Origin: a candidate division WOR-3 bacterium
Lineage (GTDB): Bacteria; Hydrothermota; Hydrothermia; LBFQ01
Length of the DNA stretch: 64,000 nucleotides
Assembly: GCA_039802605.1 (NCBI GenBank)
Contig: JBDRWW010000001.1
Span: 160,001-224,000 of the forward strand
Direction of reading: 5' to 3'
Below the pieces are notes generated by a model that had not been told where the DNA came from, did no database searches, and saw only the letters and a list, made by a program, of their open reading frames with translations. This document shows, piece after piece, positions 18,706-29,260 of the stretch. The number at the start of each line of letters is the position of its first letter. Within the stretch, counting starts at the first letter, position 1. Both the position numbers and the translations under genes were made by a program.

Positions 18706-19059
18706 ATGCATGTAAAGGAATTCTGGCATGAGAGGGAAAAACTCAACGAAATGGTATTAAAAGAGGGGAATTTATATACAAGGCGGTTCTTTGCCCTTGA
18801 TAACGATGTATATAAAGAAGGGGCTATACCGAAAAAGTATAAGGAGATGATGGGTTTGGTGGCATCGTTGGTTTTGAGGTGTGATGATTGTATAACATAT
18901 CACATAATTCAATGCGTCAATGAGGGGATTACAAAGGAGGAGTTTTACGAGTTGATAAACATCGCCTTGGTCGTAGGTGGCTCCATAACAATACCCCATG
19001 TTAGAAGGGCGGTAAAGACCTTTAACGAGTTGCTTGAAAACGAAACTCCACCCTTATAA
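18706..19059 (+). CDS. Carboxymuconolactone decarboxylase/AhpD-family protein
   Basis: KYKEMMGLVAS..LRCDDCITYH, VVGGSITIPH. Confidence 0.9.
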   Translation: MHVKEFWHEREKLNEMVLKEGNLYTRRFFALDNDVYKEGAIPKKYKEMMGLVASLVLRCDDCITYHIIQCVNEGITKEEFYELINIALVVGGSITIPHVRRAVKTFNELLENETPPL

Positions 19060-19068
19060 TAATCGGTA

Positions 19069-21087
19069 ATGATCGGGATTTTAATAGCATCATCTCTGGT
19101 TAGGATATACGCACCTTTAAAGGAGGTTGAGAGGCTCCCCATAAAGGATTTGGATATTGCCGGGTTTTCCGCAAGGGGTGAATGGACGGATATACATGTA
19201 AAGGATCTTGGGGAGTTAAAGTTTTTAAAAGAAGCGGGTTTTAGGTATGAGGTAATTATCCCGGATGTTGATAGTTATATATCAACCGTAGCATGGGCGT
19301 ATCACAATACAAACGATGTTTATACCCTCCTCGTGAATTACAAAAACTCCTATCCTTCAATAACGAAACTTGATACTCTTGGTTTCTCCTGGGAGGGAAG
19401 GCCGATAGTGGCCATTAGGATAACGGACAATCCAAACACAAACGAAGGGGAGCCGGGAGTCTTGGTTATGGGAACACATCACGCCCGGGAATGGCCGGCC
19501 CTTGAAATACCCCTGTTTTTCATAGACACACTTTTAAGGGGATACGGTAGCGACCCGTTTATAACAAACGCCATAAACAACCTTGACATATGGATTATCC
19601 CCTTGGTTAATCCGGATGGGCATAACTATTCAAGAACCGTTTATTCAATGTGGAGGAAGAATAGGAGATATTTCCCATCGTTTGGGACATATGGGGTTGA
19701 TTTAAACAGGAATTACGGCGGTTCTGCGGATGGGAATCCAGGGGGTGAATGGTGTACCCCTACACCCGGGACATCAAATTATCCAAACTCCGATACATAT
19801 TGCGGCCCCGAAATTTTCAGCGAACCCGAAATTAAGGCGGTTTTAAACCTCTTGGATTCCGTTGATATAGTCGCTTCAATATCCTATCATACTTATACCG
19901 GTGCGGTCCTATACCCTTGGGGATATACCACAAACCCCACTCCGGATAACACATACCTATCAAATATAGCATCGGATATGGCATCCCAAATGGTTACGGA
20001 AAATAACAACCCATATGTTGCCATACAGGCCCCACAAATAGGTTATACCGCTACGGCGGATTCGGATGATTGGATTTACGGTTATTCCCTTTTCGTTAAG
20101 GGCTATCCCACATTGGCCTTTACCGTTGAAGCCTGTGAGAGTTTTCAACCCTCCGCATCCCTTTTGGATCAGATAGTTAGGGAAAACTACAAGGGTTTTA
20201 AGGTTATATTACAGAACGCCCCAAACATAAGATCAAATATGATACCATATCCGATAATATCCCAAATCCTCGTTCCCGATACCGTTTCTTCACCCTTTAA
20301 TATAAACATAAGCCTTAAAAACCCCATATCGTCACCAACAAAGTATGCCTTGAAGTATTATACCGGTTATTCCTATTCAACGGATGGGGCGGAAGGCGGT
20401 CTAGGTTTGTGGAATTATAACGGTTTTACAACATCGTCCACAAGGGCGCATTCCGGAACATACTCTTTTAGGGCAAATTACGGCAACAATGTGGCATACC
20501 ATATGACCACAAAATACCCGTATTATGTAAAACCCGGGGATAGTTTAACATTTTGGACATGGTACGATATAGAGGAAAACTACGACGCGGCCTTTGTTGA
20601 AATATCCGAAGATGGCAGGTATTTCTATCCTTTGGAGAAGATAACGGGTACCTCTACGGGATGGGTTAGGAAATCCTATTCCTTGCACCCTTGGGTTGGA
20701 AAGTGGATTTATATTAGGTTTAGGTTTGCCACAGATGGTTCGGTAACCGCAAATGGTTTTTATGTTGATGACATAAACCCGGTTCCATCCTTTTCATCGC
20801 AAGTTGTTGTGGATACAAACATAACATCCTTGCCCTATACCCTATCCCTTCCAAACGGAGAATATTATTTTTCCGCAAGGGGATACAATTCCGCCAAGGG
20901 TTGGGGTGATTGGAGCATGCCCAAAAAGGTGGTAGTTGTACCCGCAACTTATATAAGCGAAAAGGACAGCAAAGGCCCCGAAAGCGGGATTATATACGAT
21001 ATAACCGGGAGGAAGGTTGAAAAAACGACAAAAGGGGTGTATTTTATCGTAAAAGGGGGCAGGGTTGAGAAAATTATAAAGAGATGA
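19069..21087 (+). CDS. M14 zinc carboxypeptidase (carboxypeptidase T-like) with immune-inhibitor-A-like domain and T9SS-like tail
   Basis: HHAREW, NPDG, WRKNR, GVDLNRNY, SYHTY; WYDIEENYD and GFYVDDI domain; tail IYDITGRKV..KGVYFIV. Confidence 0.93.
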   Translation: MIGILIASSLVRIYAPLKEVERLPIKDLDIAGFSARGEWTDIHVKDLGELKFLKEAGFRYEVIIPDVDSYISTVAWAYHNTNDVYTLLVNYKNSYPSITKLDTLGFSWEGRPIVAIRITDNPNTNEGEPGVLVMGTHHAREWPALEIPLFFIDTLLRGYGSDPFITNAINNLDIWIIPLVNPDGHNYSRTVYSMWRKNRRYFPSFGTYGVDLNRNYGGSADGNPGGEWCTPTPGTSNYPNSDTYCGPEIFSEPEIKAVLNLLDSVDIVASISYHTYTGAVLYPWGYTTNPTPDNTYLSNIASDMASQMVTENNNPYVAIQAPQIGYTATADSDDWIYGYSLFVKGYPTLAFTVEACESFQPSASLLDQIVRENYKGFKVILQNAPNIRSNMIPYPIISQILVPDTVSSPFNINISLKNPISSPTKYALKYYTGYSYSTDGAEGGLGLWNYNGFTTSSTRAHSGTYSFRANYGNNVAYHMTTKYPYYVKPGDSLTFWTWYDIEENYDAAFVEISEDGRYFYPLEKITGTSTGWVRKSYSLHPWVGKWIYIRFRFATDGSVTANGFYVDDINPVPSFSSQVVVDTNITSLPYTLSLPNGEYYFSARGYNSAKGWGDWSMPKKVVVVPATYISEKDSKGPESGIIYDITGRKVEKTTKGVYFIVKGGRVEKIIKR

Positions 21088-22142
21088 TATTATTACTCCT
21101 TGCGGATACCGATTACAAGGCCGAGCTTGAAAGGATAAAGAGGAGGATAGAGCGTATAACCGAGGAAATAAATTTTTTAAAACAGAGGGAAGAGGAAACG
21201 GTTAAAAGGGTGGGGCTTCTGGAAAACAAGATATACCTTTTGGAAAACTACCTTTACAAACTACGCCTTCAAGAAAACAATTTAAAACTCAGGTTAAAAT
21301 CCACGGAAGTTCGCCTAAGGGAATTGGAAGAGGAAAAGGGAATAATATTGAAGAAACTAAAAAAGGGGATAAACCTTTTGTACCTTTTGCCTAAGCCCAC
21401 CCTTTGGGAGTTTATATTCAATCCCGAAAAGGCCTATGCTTACTATGAAAGGGCGGTTATCACGGAATCCCTAATTTATGCTTATCGGAATTCGGCAAGG
21501 GAAATAGAGGGTTTTGAAAGGGAATATACCCTTTTAAGGGAGAGGAGGAAGGCTTTGCTTGAAGATATTAGAAAAAACATCAGCGAACAAGAGCAAGCAC
21601 TCTCAGAATTGAAATCCTCAAAGGAGGAGCTGTCACGGGAAATTGAAAGTATTAGAAAGAGTAAGGCCCAAAAGGAGGCATATCTTTCCGAATTGCGGGA
21701 AAAGGAGAAAAGACTGGAAAAAATCATAAAAGAACTCGCAAAAAAGAAGGAGAAGAAAAAAGAGGATATTTACGGGGGTAAAACCCTAACTTGGCCTTTA
21801 AGGGGTAGGATTGTGGGCGAATTTGGTTATTATACCGATCCGAGGTATGGGGTTAGGATAAAGAGCAACGGAATAAGGATTTCCGCACCCACGGGTAGCG
21901 ATGTTTATGCTTCGGCGGATGGGAAAGTTGTATATTCGGGATATTTGGAGGGTTATGGAAATGTTGTAATAATTGAAAGCGGAGGGTTGTATTTGATTTA
22001 TGGGAACTTAATGGATATACTCGTTGGGGTGGATAAGATCGTAAAGGCTGGTATGAAAATAGGAACCGTTGGGAGCAAACCTTTGTACTTTGAGGTTAGG
22101 GAGGGAACCAAGCCCGTTGATCCTCTAAAATATCTACCATGA
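21084..22142 (+). CDS. EnvC-like murein hydrolase activator (coiled coil + degenerate M23)
   Basis: Long coiled coil, WPLRG, NGIRI (no HxxxD), LYFEVR (no HxH), PVDPLKYL. Confidence 0.85.
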   Translation: MILLLLADTDYKAELERIKRRIERITEEINFLKQREEETVKRVGLLENKIYLLENYLYKLRLQENNLKLRLKSTEVRLRELEEEKGIILKKLKKGINLLYLLPKPTLWEFIFNPEKAYAYYERAVITESLIYAYRNSAREIEGFEREYTLLRERRKALLEDIRKNISEQEQALSELKSSKEELSREIESIRKSKAQKEAYLSELREKEKRLEKIIKELAKKKEKKKEDIYGGKTLTWPLRGRIVGEFGYYTDPRYGVRIKSNGIRISAPTGSDVYASADGKVVYSGYLEGYGNVVIIESGGLYLIYGNLMDILVGVDKIVKAGMKIGTVGSKPLYFEVREGTKPVDPLKYLP

Positions 22143-24163
22143 AGGGGGTTTTTTATAAAATATCCGAAAGAAAGGTTGTTGTTGAGGATGTTCCGCCTCC
22201 AAAGTTTAAAAAAGGTGGCGTTTTGATAAAAACCCTGTATTCCGCGATAAGTCCTGGAACGGAGGGTGCAACGGTCTCTTTGGTAAAAGGGGGGCCTTTA
22301 AAGATTTTAAAAGAGAGAAAAGAGCAGGTTTTGGATATTTTGAGGGTTTTTAAGGATTACGGTCCAATTTTTTTGATAAACAAGATAAGGTCAAGGGCGG
22401 AAATGCTCACACCTTTGGGTTACAGCCTTTGCGGGGAGGTTATAGAGGGTTGGGGGGATATTAAAAAGGGGGAACTTGTGGTGGCTGTTGGGGGGGAATT
22501 CGCAAACCACTGTGAAATTGTATGGGTTCCGGAAAATCTGGTTGTCAAAGCCAACAGGAGGGATAAGGCCAAAGAGTTGAGCTTTGGCGCTTTAATTTCC
22601 ATAGCCGTACACTCAATAAGGAGGTCGGGTATATCGGGTGGGGAGAGGGCATTGGTAATTGGAATGGGTATAATAGGGCATTTAATAGCGAGGATTTTAA
22701 GGGTTTGGGATGTTGAGGTTTGGGGGATGGATAAAGACGATTATAGGTTAAAGTTTGCCGAAGGTTATGGTATAAATGTGGTTAGCGGAAAACCTCCCGA
22801 GGATTATTTTGATGTTGCATTTATTACCGCACCGGACAAAAGCGGAGAGGTTGTGAATATTGCGGGGAAATCACTTAGGGATAGGGGGAGGGTTGTGGCT
22901 GTTGCCGATGCAAACTTTTCATTTGATTGGAAAACCTATTATTACAAGGAATTGGAGATTTTGGTTAGTAGGTCTTATGGCCCGGGGAGGTATGACCCGG
23001 AATACGAGGTTGGGGGTAGAGACTATCCCATAGGCTATGTTAGGTGGACGGAAAAGAGGAATTTGGAATATGCGGTTAAACTGGTGGAATCGGAAAGGTT
23101 AAAGATAGAAGACCTTATAACGCACGAGTTCCCAATAGATAAAGCCCCGGATGCTTACGACCTGATAACGCATAAAAGGGATAAGTTTTTGGGAATAGTG
23201 ATAAAATATCCATCCACCGAAATACCTCAAAAAAGGGTTTATATATCAAAAGGTATAAGGAAGGAAAGGGGAAAAATAGGGGTCGGTTTCGTAGGTGCCG
23301 GGAGTTATGCGCAAGGTTTTTTAATCCCAGAGGTTAAGGGGTTAAAGGATGTTCAACTGATAGGTGTGGCGACATCTAAGGGTAATACCGCAAAATCCAT
23401 ATCCCAGATTTTTGGATTCCCCGTATATACCACGGATTATAAAGAACTTTTGAAGATGGAGGAGGTTGATGTTATATTTATAGCAACAACGCATTCAACC
23501 CATGCAAAGATAACCTTGGAGGCATTAAAAATGGGCAAGGCGGTATTCGTAGAAAAACCATTGGCGATAACTATGGAGGAATTATCGGAAATAGAAAGCT
23601 TTCTTTCGGAAAAAGGTGGTTATTTAACCGTCGGTTTTAACAGGAGGTTTTCACCGCACACGCGATTTTTGAAAAGTTTTTTAAACCATCCCTTCCAATT
23701 AAACTACCTCGTTGATGCGGGTATGATAAAAAAGGAACATTGGATTTATAGGGAGGGGGGGAGGGTTTTGGGAGAAGCCATCCATTTTGTTGATTATGCG
23801 ATTTTCCTATCGGATGGTAAAGAGCCGGTGGTTCATATATCAAACAGTGGGGATGGTGCAGTTATAGTCTTGGCTTGGGGTGATAGTGTTGCCACCATAA
23901 CATACGGAACATTTGGGGGCAAGATGAGAAAAGAGGAAATAACATTAATGTGTTCCGGTAAAACTGTTAGGATAGAGGATTTCAGGGTTTCTTATACGGA
24001 TAAGGAAAAGTTTAAAACACCCTTTATTGACAAAGGCCAGAGGGAATTGATAAGGGCTTTCTTTGAAGGTTTGGAAAGTGGAAAACCCCCCATACCCTAC
24101 GAACAGATATTCTTATCCCATAAAGTTTTAATCCCTCATTCCTCCCAAAACCATATTTTATAA
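22139..24163 (+). CDS. Bi-domain oxidoreductase (MDR + Gfo/Idh/MocA)
   Basis: SAISPGTE, SRSYGPGRYD..YE..G.DYPIGYVRWTEKRN, GAGSYA, FVEKPLA, VGFNRRFSP. Confidence 0.9.
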   Translation: MKGVFYKISERKVVVEDVPPPKFKKGGVLIKTLYSAISPGTEGATVSLVKGGPLKILKERKEQVLDILRVFKDYGPIFLINKIRSRAEMLTPLGYSLCGEVIEGWGDIKKGELVVAVGGEFANHCEIVWVPENLVVKANRRDKAKELSFGALISIAVHSIRRSGISGGERALVIGMGIIGHLIARILRVWDVEVWGMDKDDYRLKFAEGYGINVVSGKPPEDYFDVAFITAPDKSGEVVNIAGKSLRDRGRVVAVADANFSFDWKTYYYKELEILVSRSYGPGRYDPEYEVGGRDYPIGYVRWTEKRNLEYAVKLVESERLKIEDLITHEFPIDKAPDAYDLITHKRDKFLGIVIKYPSTEIPQKRVYISKGIRKERGKIGVGFVGAGSYAQGFLIPEVKGLKDVQLIGVATSKGNTAKSISQIFGFPVYTTDYKELLKMEEVDVIFIATTHSTHAKITLEALKMGKAVFVEKPLAITMEELSEIESFLSEKGGYLTVGFNRRFSPHTRFLKSFLNHPFQLNYLVDAGMIKKEHWIYREGGRVLGEAIHFVDYAIFLSDGKEPVVHISNSGDGAVIVLAWGDSVATITYGTFGGKMRKEEITLMCSGKTVRIEDFRVSYTDKEKFKTPFIDKGQRELIRAFFEGLESGKPPIPYEQIFLSHKVLIPHSSQNHIL

Positions 24164-24954
24164 GGCCATTTTAGACCTTCAAAACCGTTGCCGTTTAATC
24201 CAAATATTGAAGAACCCGAACCACTCATAACCGCAACCCAACCGTTTTTTATAAGTGTATGTTTTATACTTTTCAATTCCGGAAACCTTTCAAATACCAC
24301 GTCCTCAAAATCGTTTTCAAACTCCGGAACTTTTCCCATTTTTAAAGATTTCATCATCTCGTTTAGTTTTTCCTCTGCGACCTTTTCATCCGTAAAAATC
24401 CCCCTTTCGCTTACAAGGCTATACGCCAGCTTTGTGGGAACCGGAAAAGATGGAAATACCAAAATCCACCTACCCTTAATATCAAAATCCAAGGGTTCCA
24501 ATATCTCCCCTATTCCCCTGCCAACCGCCGCCCTTTGAGGTAATAGGAAAAATGGTACATCCGCCCCAACTTTTAAGGCTACCTTCGTTAGTTCGTCTAT
24601 ACCCAAGCCCAGTTTAAAAATTACATTTGCCGCCTTTAAAACCGCCGCGGCATCGCTTGAACCCCCTCCCAACCCACCGCCAACGGGAATCCTCTTCTTT
24701 ATCCTAACCTTCAAACATATGTTTTGGCCAACAAATTCGCTTAGATATTTAAGGGCTTTATAAACCGTATTCGTTGAAGTACTCTTTATCCCCTCACACT
24801 TAACCAAGGACTTATCCCACTCCTCCACCCAAATCTCATCGCACAGGGGTATTTTGTAAAAAAGTGTTAGGATTTTGTGATAGCCCGAAGGTAGTTTCCC
24901 GGTTATCCACAAACCCAAATTTACCTTTGCGGGAGCGGGTATCCTTACCTGCAA
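24136..24954 (-). CDS. ispE: 4-diphosphocytidyl-2-C-methyl-D-erythritol kinase
   Basis: APAKVNLGL, KRIPVGGGLGGGSSDAA, GADVPFF, MSGSGS. Confidence 0.96.
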   Translation of the reverse strand: MQVRIPAPAKVNLGLWITGKLPSGYHKILTLFYKIPLCDEIWVEEWDKSLVKCEGIKSTSTNTVYKALKYLSEFVGQNICLKVRIKKRIPVGGGLGGGSSDAAAVLKAANVIFKLGLGIDELTKVALKVGADVPFFLLPQRAAVGRGIGEILEPLDFDIKGRWILVFPSFPVPTKLAYSLVSERGIFTDEKVAEEKLNEMMKSLKMGKVPEFENDFEDVVFERFPELKSIKHTLIKNGWVAVMSGSGSSIFGLNGNGFEGLKWPYKIWFWEE

Positions 24955-24961
24955 CTTTGAA

Positions 24962-25345
24962 TTATAAAGGTGTATTACCCCCTTCCAAAACCCTTAAACG
25001 CAAAACCATCCATATCAAGGGAATACCAACAATGATTACCAAAAATATGGCTATTATGTTTCCCGATATAAATGCCATAAAAAGCCCTCCCAAAACCCCC
25101 AATATGGAAAAAGTTAGAGCAATCCTTTTAACCCTTTTTGGGACAGCCTTGTACTTCTCCCAAATTTTTATTTGTTCGCCCACATACGGTATTGATAAAA
25201 GGAGATTGTAAAGGGTTTTTGAACTGCGGGCAAAGAAGTAAGCGGCGATTATAAAAAATACCGTGGAAGGCATTACGGGTAAAATGGCACCTATGATGCC
25301 CAACAAAACAAAGAATATACCGAGGAATATGTATAAAACCCTCAA
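24962..25345 (-). CDS. YbaN/DUF454 membrane protein
   Basis: LGIIGAILPVMPSTVF...FARSS. Confidence 0.88.
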   Translation of the reverse strand: MRVLYIFLGIFFVLLGIIGAILPVMPSTVFFIIAAYFFARSSKTLYNLLLSIPYVGEQIKIWEKYKAVPKRVKRIALTFSILGVLGGLFMAFISGNIIAIFLVIIVGIPLIWMVLRLRVLEGGNTPL

Positions 25346-26796
25346 AACTCCGAATAATCCTTATATAACTTCCAAACGCTTTTGACGGCGCAATTCTTTT
25401 GGGATACCATAGGCCTTTTTGCCTCGTATGTTGCGGCCAAACTTACCAAGTATTCGGGATATTCGGGAACAAATTGGAAATCCTTCGCAAAGTTTGTAGT
25501 ATATCTCCCAGAAACGAACGGCTCGCTTTCCAAAACCTTTATAAGGTAAGGTATATTCGTCCTTATACCGAATATCTTATACTCCTTTAACGCCCTTAAA
25601 AGCCTTTTACGGGCTTCTTCCCTCGTATTCCCGTATGCTATAACCTTTGAAAGTATCGGATCGTAGAATATGGGAACTTCATAACCCTCGTATATGCCGC
25701 TATCAACCCTTATAAATGGTCCGGAAGGCTCTTGCAAAAACTCAATCCTTCCGCTTGAAGGTGAAAAGTCTTCGTAAGGGTCTTCCGCGTTTATCCTGGC
25801 CTCTATGGCATAACCCCTGAATTCAACATCTTCAAGGTTTAGTTTATAGCCGAGGGCTACCTTTACCTGTAAGGCTACCAAATCTAAGGATGTGCGCATT
25901 TCGGTAACCGGGTGTTCAACCTGCAACCTTGCATTCATCTCCAAGAAATAAAACTTATTTCTATCCTCGTCGTATAAAAATTCTACGGTACCCGCATTTG
26001 TATATCCAATAGCCCTTGCAAATTCCTTTGCCGCCTCCATTATGTCTTTGCGGGTTTTCCCGTCTATAATTGGGGAAGGGGATTCCTCTATGAATTTTTG
26101 ATGCCTCCTCTGTAATGAGCACTCCCTCTCCCCCAAGGCATAAACATTCCCATACTTATCCGCTATTATTTGAACTTCAACATGATGGGGGTTTAAAACC
26201 AACCTTTCCAAATAAACCCTACCATCTCCGAAGGCGGATAATGCCTCCGCCGACGCTATGGGGAATAACTCCCTAAGTTCCTCCTCATTTCTAACCACCC
26301 TCATGCCCTTACCGCCACCGCCGGCGGCCGCTTTAATCATCAAGGGATAACCTATACCCCTTGCCAATTCAACGGCGACATTAATATCGTCAATGGAATC
26401 CGTACCCTCAAGCAATGGAATCCCAGATTTTGCGGCTATCCTCCTCGCCTCAACCTTATCCCCCGCCAACCTCATAGCTTCCGAATCTGGACCTATAAAT
26501 ATTATCCCGTGCTTTTCCACCTCATACGCAAATTCGGGTCTTTCGGAGAGAAAGCCGTATCCGGGATGTATCATATCTGCCCCGGATTTTCTGGCAGCCC
26601 ATATTATCTTTCCTATGTCCAAATAACTGGTATTTGGCGTATCCCCACCTATTTCAACGGCATAATCCGCGTTTATAACATGCAATGCCTTTCTATCGGG
26701 TTCAGAAAATACCGCCACCGATTCAAAACCCAGATCCCTTAAAGTCCTCTCCACCCTAACCGCAATTTCACCCCTGTTTGCTATTAAAACCCTCAT
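25342..26796 (-). CDS. Biotin carboxylase subunit (AccC/PycA-like)
   Basis: LIANRGEIA, HPGYGFLSE, GGGGKGM, ERECSLQRRHQK, EMNARLQVEHPVTE, RINAED; no biotin-carrier domain. Confidence 0.95.
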   Translation of the reverse strand: MRVLIANRGEIAVRVERTLRDLGFESVAVFSEPDRKALHVINADYAVEIGGDTPNTSYLDIGKIIWAARKSGADMIHPGYGFLSERPEFAYEVEKHGIIFIGPDSEAMRLAGDKVEARRIAAKSGIPLLEGTDSIDDINVAVELARGIGYPLMIKAAAGGGGKGMRVVRNEEELRELFPIASAEALSAFGDGRVYLERLVLNPHHVEVQIIADKYGNVYALGERECSLQRRHQKFIEESPSPIIDGKTRKDIMEAAKEFARAIGYTNAGTVEFLYDEDRNKFYFLEMNARLQVEHPVTEMRTSLDLVALQVKVALGYKLNLEDVEFRGYAIEARINAEDPYEDFSPSSGRIEFLQEPSGPFIRVDSGIYEGYEVPIFYDPILSKVIAYGNTREEARKRLLRALKEYKIFGIRTNIPYLIKVLESEPFVSGRYTTNFAKDFQFVPEYPEYLVSLAATYEAKRPMVSQKNCAVKSVWKLYKDYSEF

Positions 26797-26849
26797 AAGG
26801 CGTGTATTTTATCGTGGTTTAATATCTTTCAAGTTTATAATCCCTAGCC

Positions 26850-27782
26850 ATGATATGGATGGTTTTGTTGCAAGTTGAAGAGGATCCTTATAAACCCGAC
26901 TCTTTAAACATGCGCATAGCGAAAAGTTTAAAACTCCCAACCCCTTGCTTTGGTATAACTATATCTGGAAAATACGCCTATCTATCCTCTTTGAGGAAAA
27001 TTTATGTGGTTGATATAAGTAAACCGGATAGTTTATATTTGGCCGCCACAATACCCACAACCAATATACCCTTAGGTTTAGCGGTTTATAAAAACTATCT
27101 CTATGTCGGGCACGGTTATAAGGGTTTATCCGTTTTTAATATATCCGATCCAAACATAGCATCCGAGATATATACGCTGCCCATGCCGGATACGACTATG
27201 GAGGTTAAAATGGTTGGAAATTATTTATATTTAACGCTGGGGGATTCCGGTTTTGCAATTGTTAGTATATCAAACCCTTCAAAGCCGCAACTGGTTAGTA
27301 TAACGAAAAGTCAGGGTTTTGTAAGGGGTATAACGGTTAAAGGTAATTACGCTTATGTTGCAGCAGGAAGGGAAGGGTTAAAGGTTTATAACATTGCCAA
27401 TCCCCAAAAACCCCGCCTTGTGGGGAGCTTCAAAACCGACGGATTTGCAATAGGTGTGGACGTTGAAGGGGGATTCGCATATGTCACTTTGGGTAGGAAG
27501 GGTATAGATATACTTGATGTTTCAAATCCCGAAAACATAAAGGAATTTAGATTGGCAAAAGGTCCGGGGGATGCATTAAACGCTAGGACTATAAACGGTT
27601 TGATATATGTGGCATTTGGATACGGTGGGGTTAGCGTTGTGGATCCAATAAACAAGGTGGAGGTTGCGAGGTATAAACCTCCAAAATATAGGGGTGATTA
27701 TGTTTTTGATATAGTTGTTCAGGATAAGTATGTTTTTGCGGCTTCAAGGAATGGGATGGTGGTATATGAAATTCTAAGATGA
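26850..27782 (+). CDS. LVIVD-repeat beta-propeller protein
   Basis: Repeats of G.YAYV...GL.V.DISNP..P; very short hydrophobic N-terminus. Confidence 0.88.
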   Translation: MIWMVLLQVEEDPYKPDSLNMRIAKSLKLPTPCFGITISGKYAYLSSLRKIYVVDISKPDSLYLAATIPTTNIPLGLAVYKNYLYVGHGYKGLSVFNISDPNIASEIYTLPMPDTTMEVKMVGNYLYLTLGDSGFAIVSISNPSKPQLVSITKSQGFVRGITVKGNYAYVAAGREGLKVYNIANPQKPRLVGSFKTDGFAIGVDVEGGFAYVTLGRKGIDILDVSNPENIKEFRLAKGPGDALNARTINGLIYVAFGYGGVSVVDPINKVEVARYKPPKYRGDYVFDIVVQDKYVFAASRNGMVVYEILR

Positions 27783-28627
27783 AACCAAAGGTTTCGGTAA
27801 TAATTCCAACTTATAACAGGCCAAAGGAATTGGAGAAAGCCGTAAAGAGCGTTTTGGAAAACGGGTATGAAAATGTTGAGGTTTTAATCGGATATGATGG
27901 AGAAGCGTATGGGGAGTTTAAAGACAATAGGGTTAAAACCTTTGTATTTGAGCATACGGGAAACCCGAGTTATGTAAGGAACAGATTGGCGGAATTATCA
28001 ACGGGTGATTTTATAACCTTCCTTGACGACGACGATATATACCTCTATGGGAAAATAGAAAGGCAGGTGGATGTTTTGAGGAAAGGGGATTATGATGCCA
28101 CCTTTTGCAATGTTTTGGTTTTTGATAACGAGAAAGGGGAATTTTTTGGATTGGCCTATAAAAATAAAACGATAAAATTGGAAAATTTTTTATACATACA
28201 CGCGAAGTTTGGGGTATTGGTTTTCGTAGGGGCTTGGATGTTAAAGCGGGATTTTTTTAACAGAATAGGGGGATTTAATGAGGATTTAAAATTTGTTGAG
28301 GATTGGGAATTTGGGGTTAGGGTTTTTTTAAACGGTAAGGTTTTATTTGATAATTTTACGGGGGTTATACATTATATGTACCGTCCGGATAGTTTGAATG
28401 TAAGGGAGGGAAGACCCGAGAATTTCTTAAAGGCGGCATTAGAAGTTTCCAAATTATTAAAAGGTTTTGAAAAGAGGAAGTTTTTAGGGTATGCTTACGG
28501 CGTAGCCTCTTATAAATCTTCAAGGGTTGGTAAAAAAGAGGAGTCCTTAAAGTATTCAATTATAGGGTTATCTTACTTTCCCAATATCTTTTCCCTTCGC
28601 GGAATGATAAGGGCAATACTCCGATAA
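27779..28627 (+). CDS. Glycosyltransferase family 2
   Basis: VSVIIPTYNR, FLDDDD, GGFNEDL..VEDWE. Confidence 0.93.
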   Translation: MKPKVSVIIPTYNRPKELEKAVKSVLENGYENVEVLIGYDGEAYGEFKDNRVKTFVFEHTGNPSYVRNRLAELSTGDFITFLDDDDIYLYGKIERQVDVLRKGDYDATFCNVLVFDNEKGEFFGLAYKNKTIKLENFLYIHAKFGVLVFVGAWMLKRDFFNRIGGFNEDLKFVEDWEFGVRVFLNGKVLFDNFTGVIHYMYRPDSLNVREGRPENFLKAALEVSKLLKGFEKRKFLGYAYGVASYKSSRVGKKEESLKYSIIGLSYFPNIFSLRGMIRAILR

Positions 28628-29260
28628 TGGGCATATTTCACACTTTGGATTTTTCGGCTTACATATCGCCTGTCCAAAGGCTACCAAGAGTTTATTAACA
28701 ACCGACCATTTTTCCTTTGGAAGGTTTTCCATCAGGAACTTTTCAACATCCTCAGGTTTTTTTGCGCTTTCTAGGAGCTTCCACCTATCTTTAATTATTC
28801 TGAAAACATGTGTATCAACCGCTATTGCCGGTTTTCCGAAGGCTACGGATAAAACTATATTGGCAACTTTCCTACCAACACCCCTGAACTTTAACAATTC
28901 ATCCAAACTGTCCGGAACTTTGCCGTTATACCCTTTAACGATTTTTTCGGCCGCCAATTTTATGTTCCTGGCCTTCTGCTTGTATAATCCGAGGGGTTTC
29001 AAAATACCTTCAATTTCGCTTAATTTCATACGGGCCAGATGATAGGGTGTAGGAGCCCTTTTAAACAATTCCTGGGCGACCCTATATGTTAATTCGTCCT
29101 TTACCCTTGGGGAAAGCATGGTGGTTATAAGCGCCCTATAAGGGTCTTTACCCTTAACCCTATGCATAAGTTTTATAGGAGCATCCCTTTCGGAAAGGGA
29201 AGGGTATAAGTCTTCCAAAACGCTCAAAAATTTTAAGAGTTTTTCAGAAGATTTTGACAT
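28568..29260 (-). CDS. nth: Endonuclease III
   Basis: HhH GVGRKVAN, AVDTHVFRI, Fe-S motif C-X6-C-X2-C-X5-C. Confidence 0.95.
   Translation of the reverse strand: MSKSSEKLLKFLSVLEDLYPSLSERDAPIKLMHRVKGKDPYRALITTMLSPRVKDELTYRVAQELFKRAPTPYHLARMKLSEIEGILKPLGLYKQKARNIKLAAEKIVKGYNGKVPDSLDELLKFRGVGRKVANIVLSVAFGKPAIAVDTHVFRIIKDRWKLLESAKKPEDVEKFLMENLPKEKWSVVNKLLVAFGQAICKPKNPKCEICPLSEYCPYHSAKGKDIGKVR

Noticed and set aside
21084..22142. Inactive M23 domain as a pseudogene
   Set aside because: Loss of zinc ligands is the normal state of EnvC-type activators.
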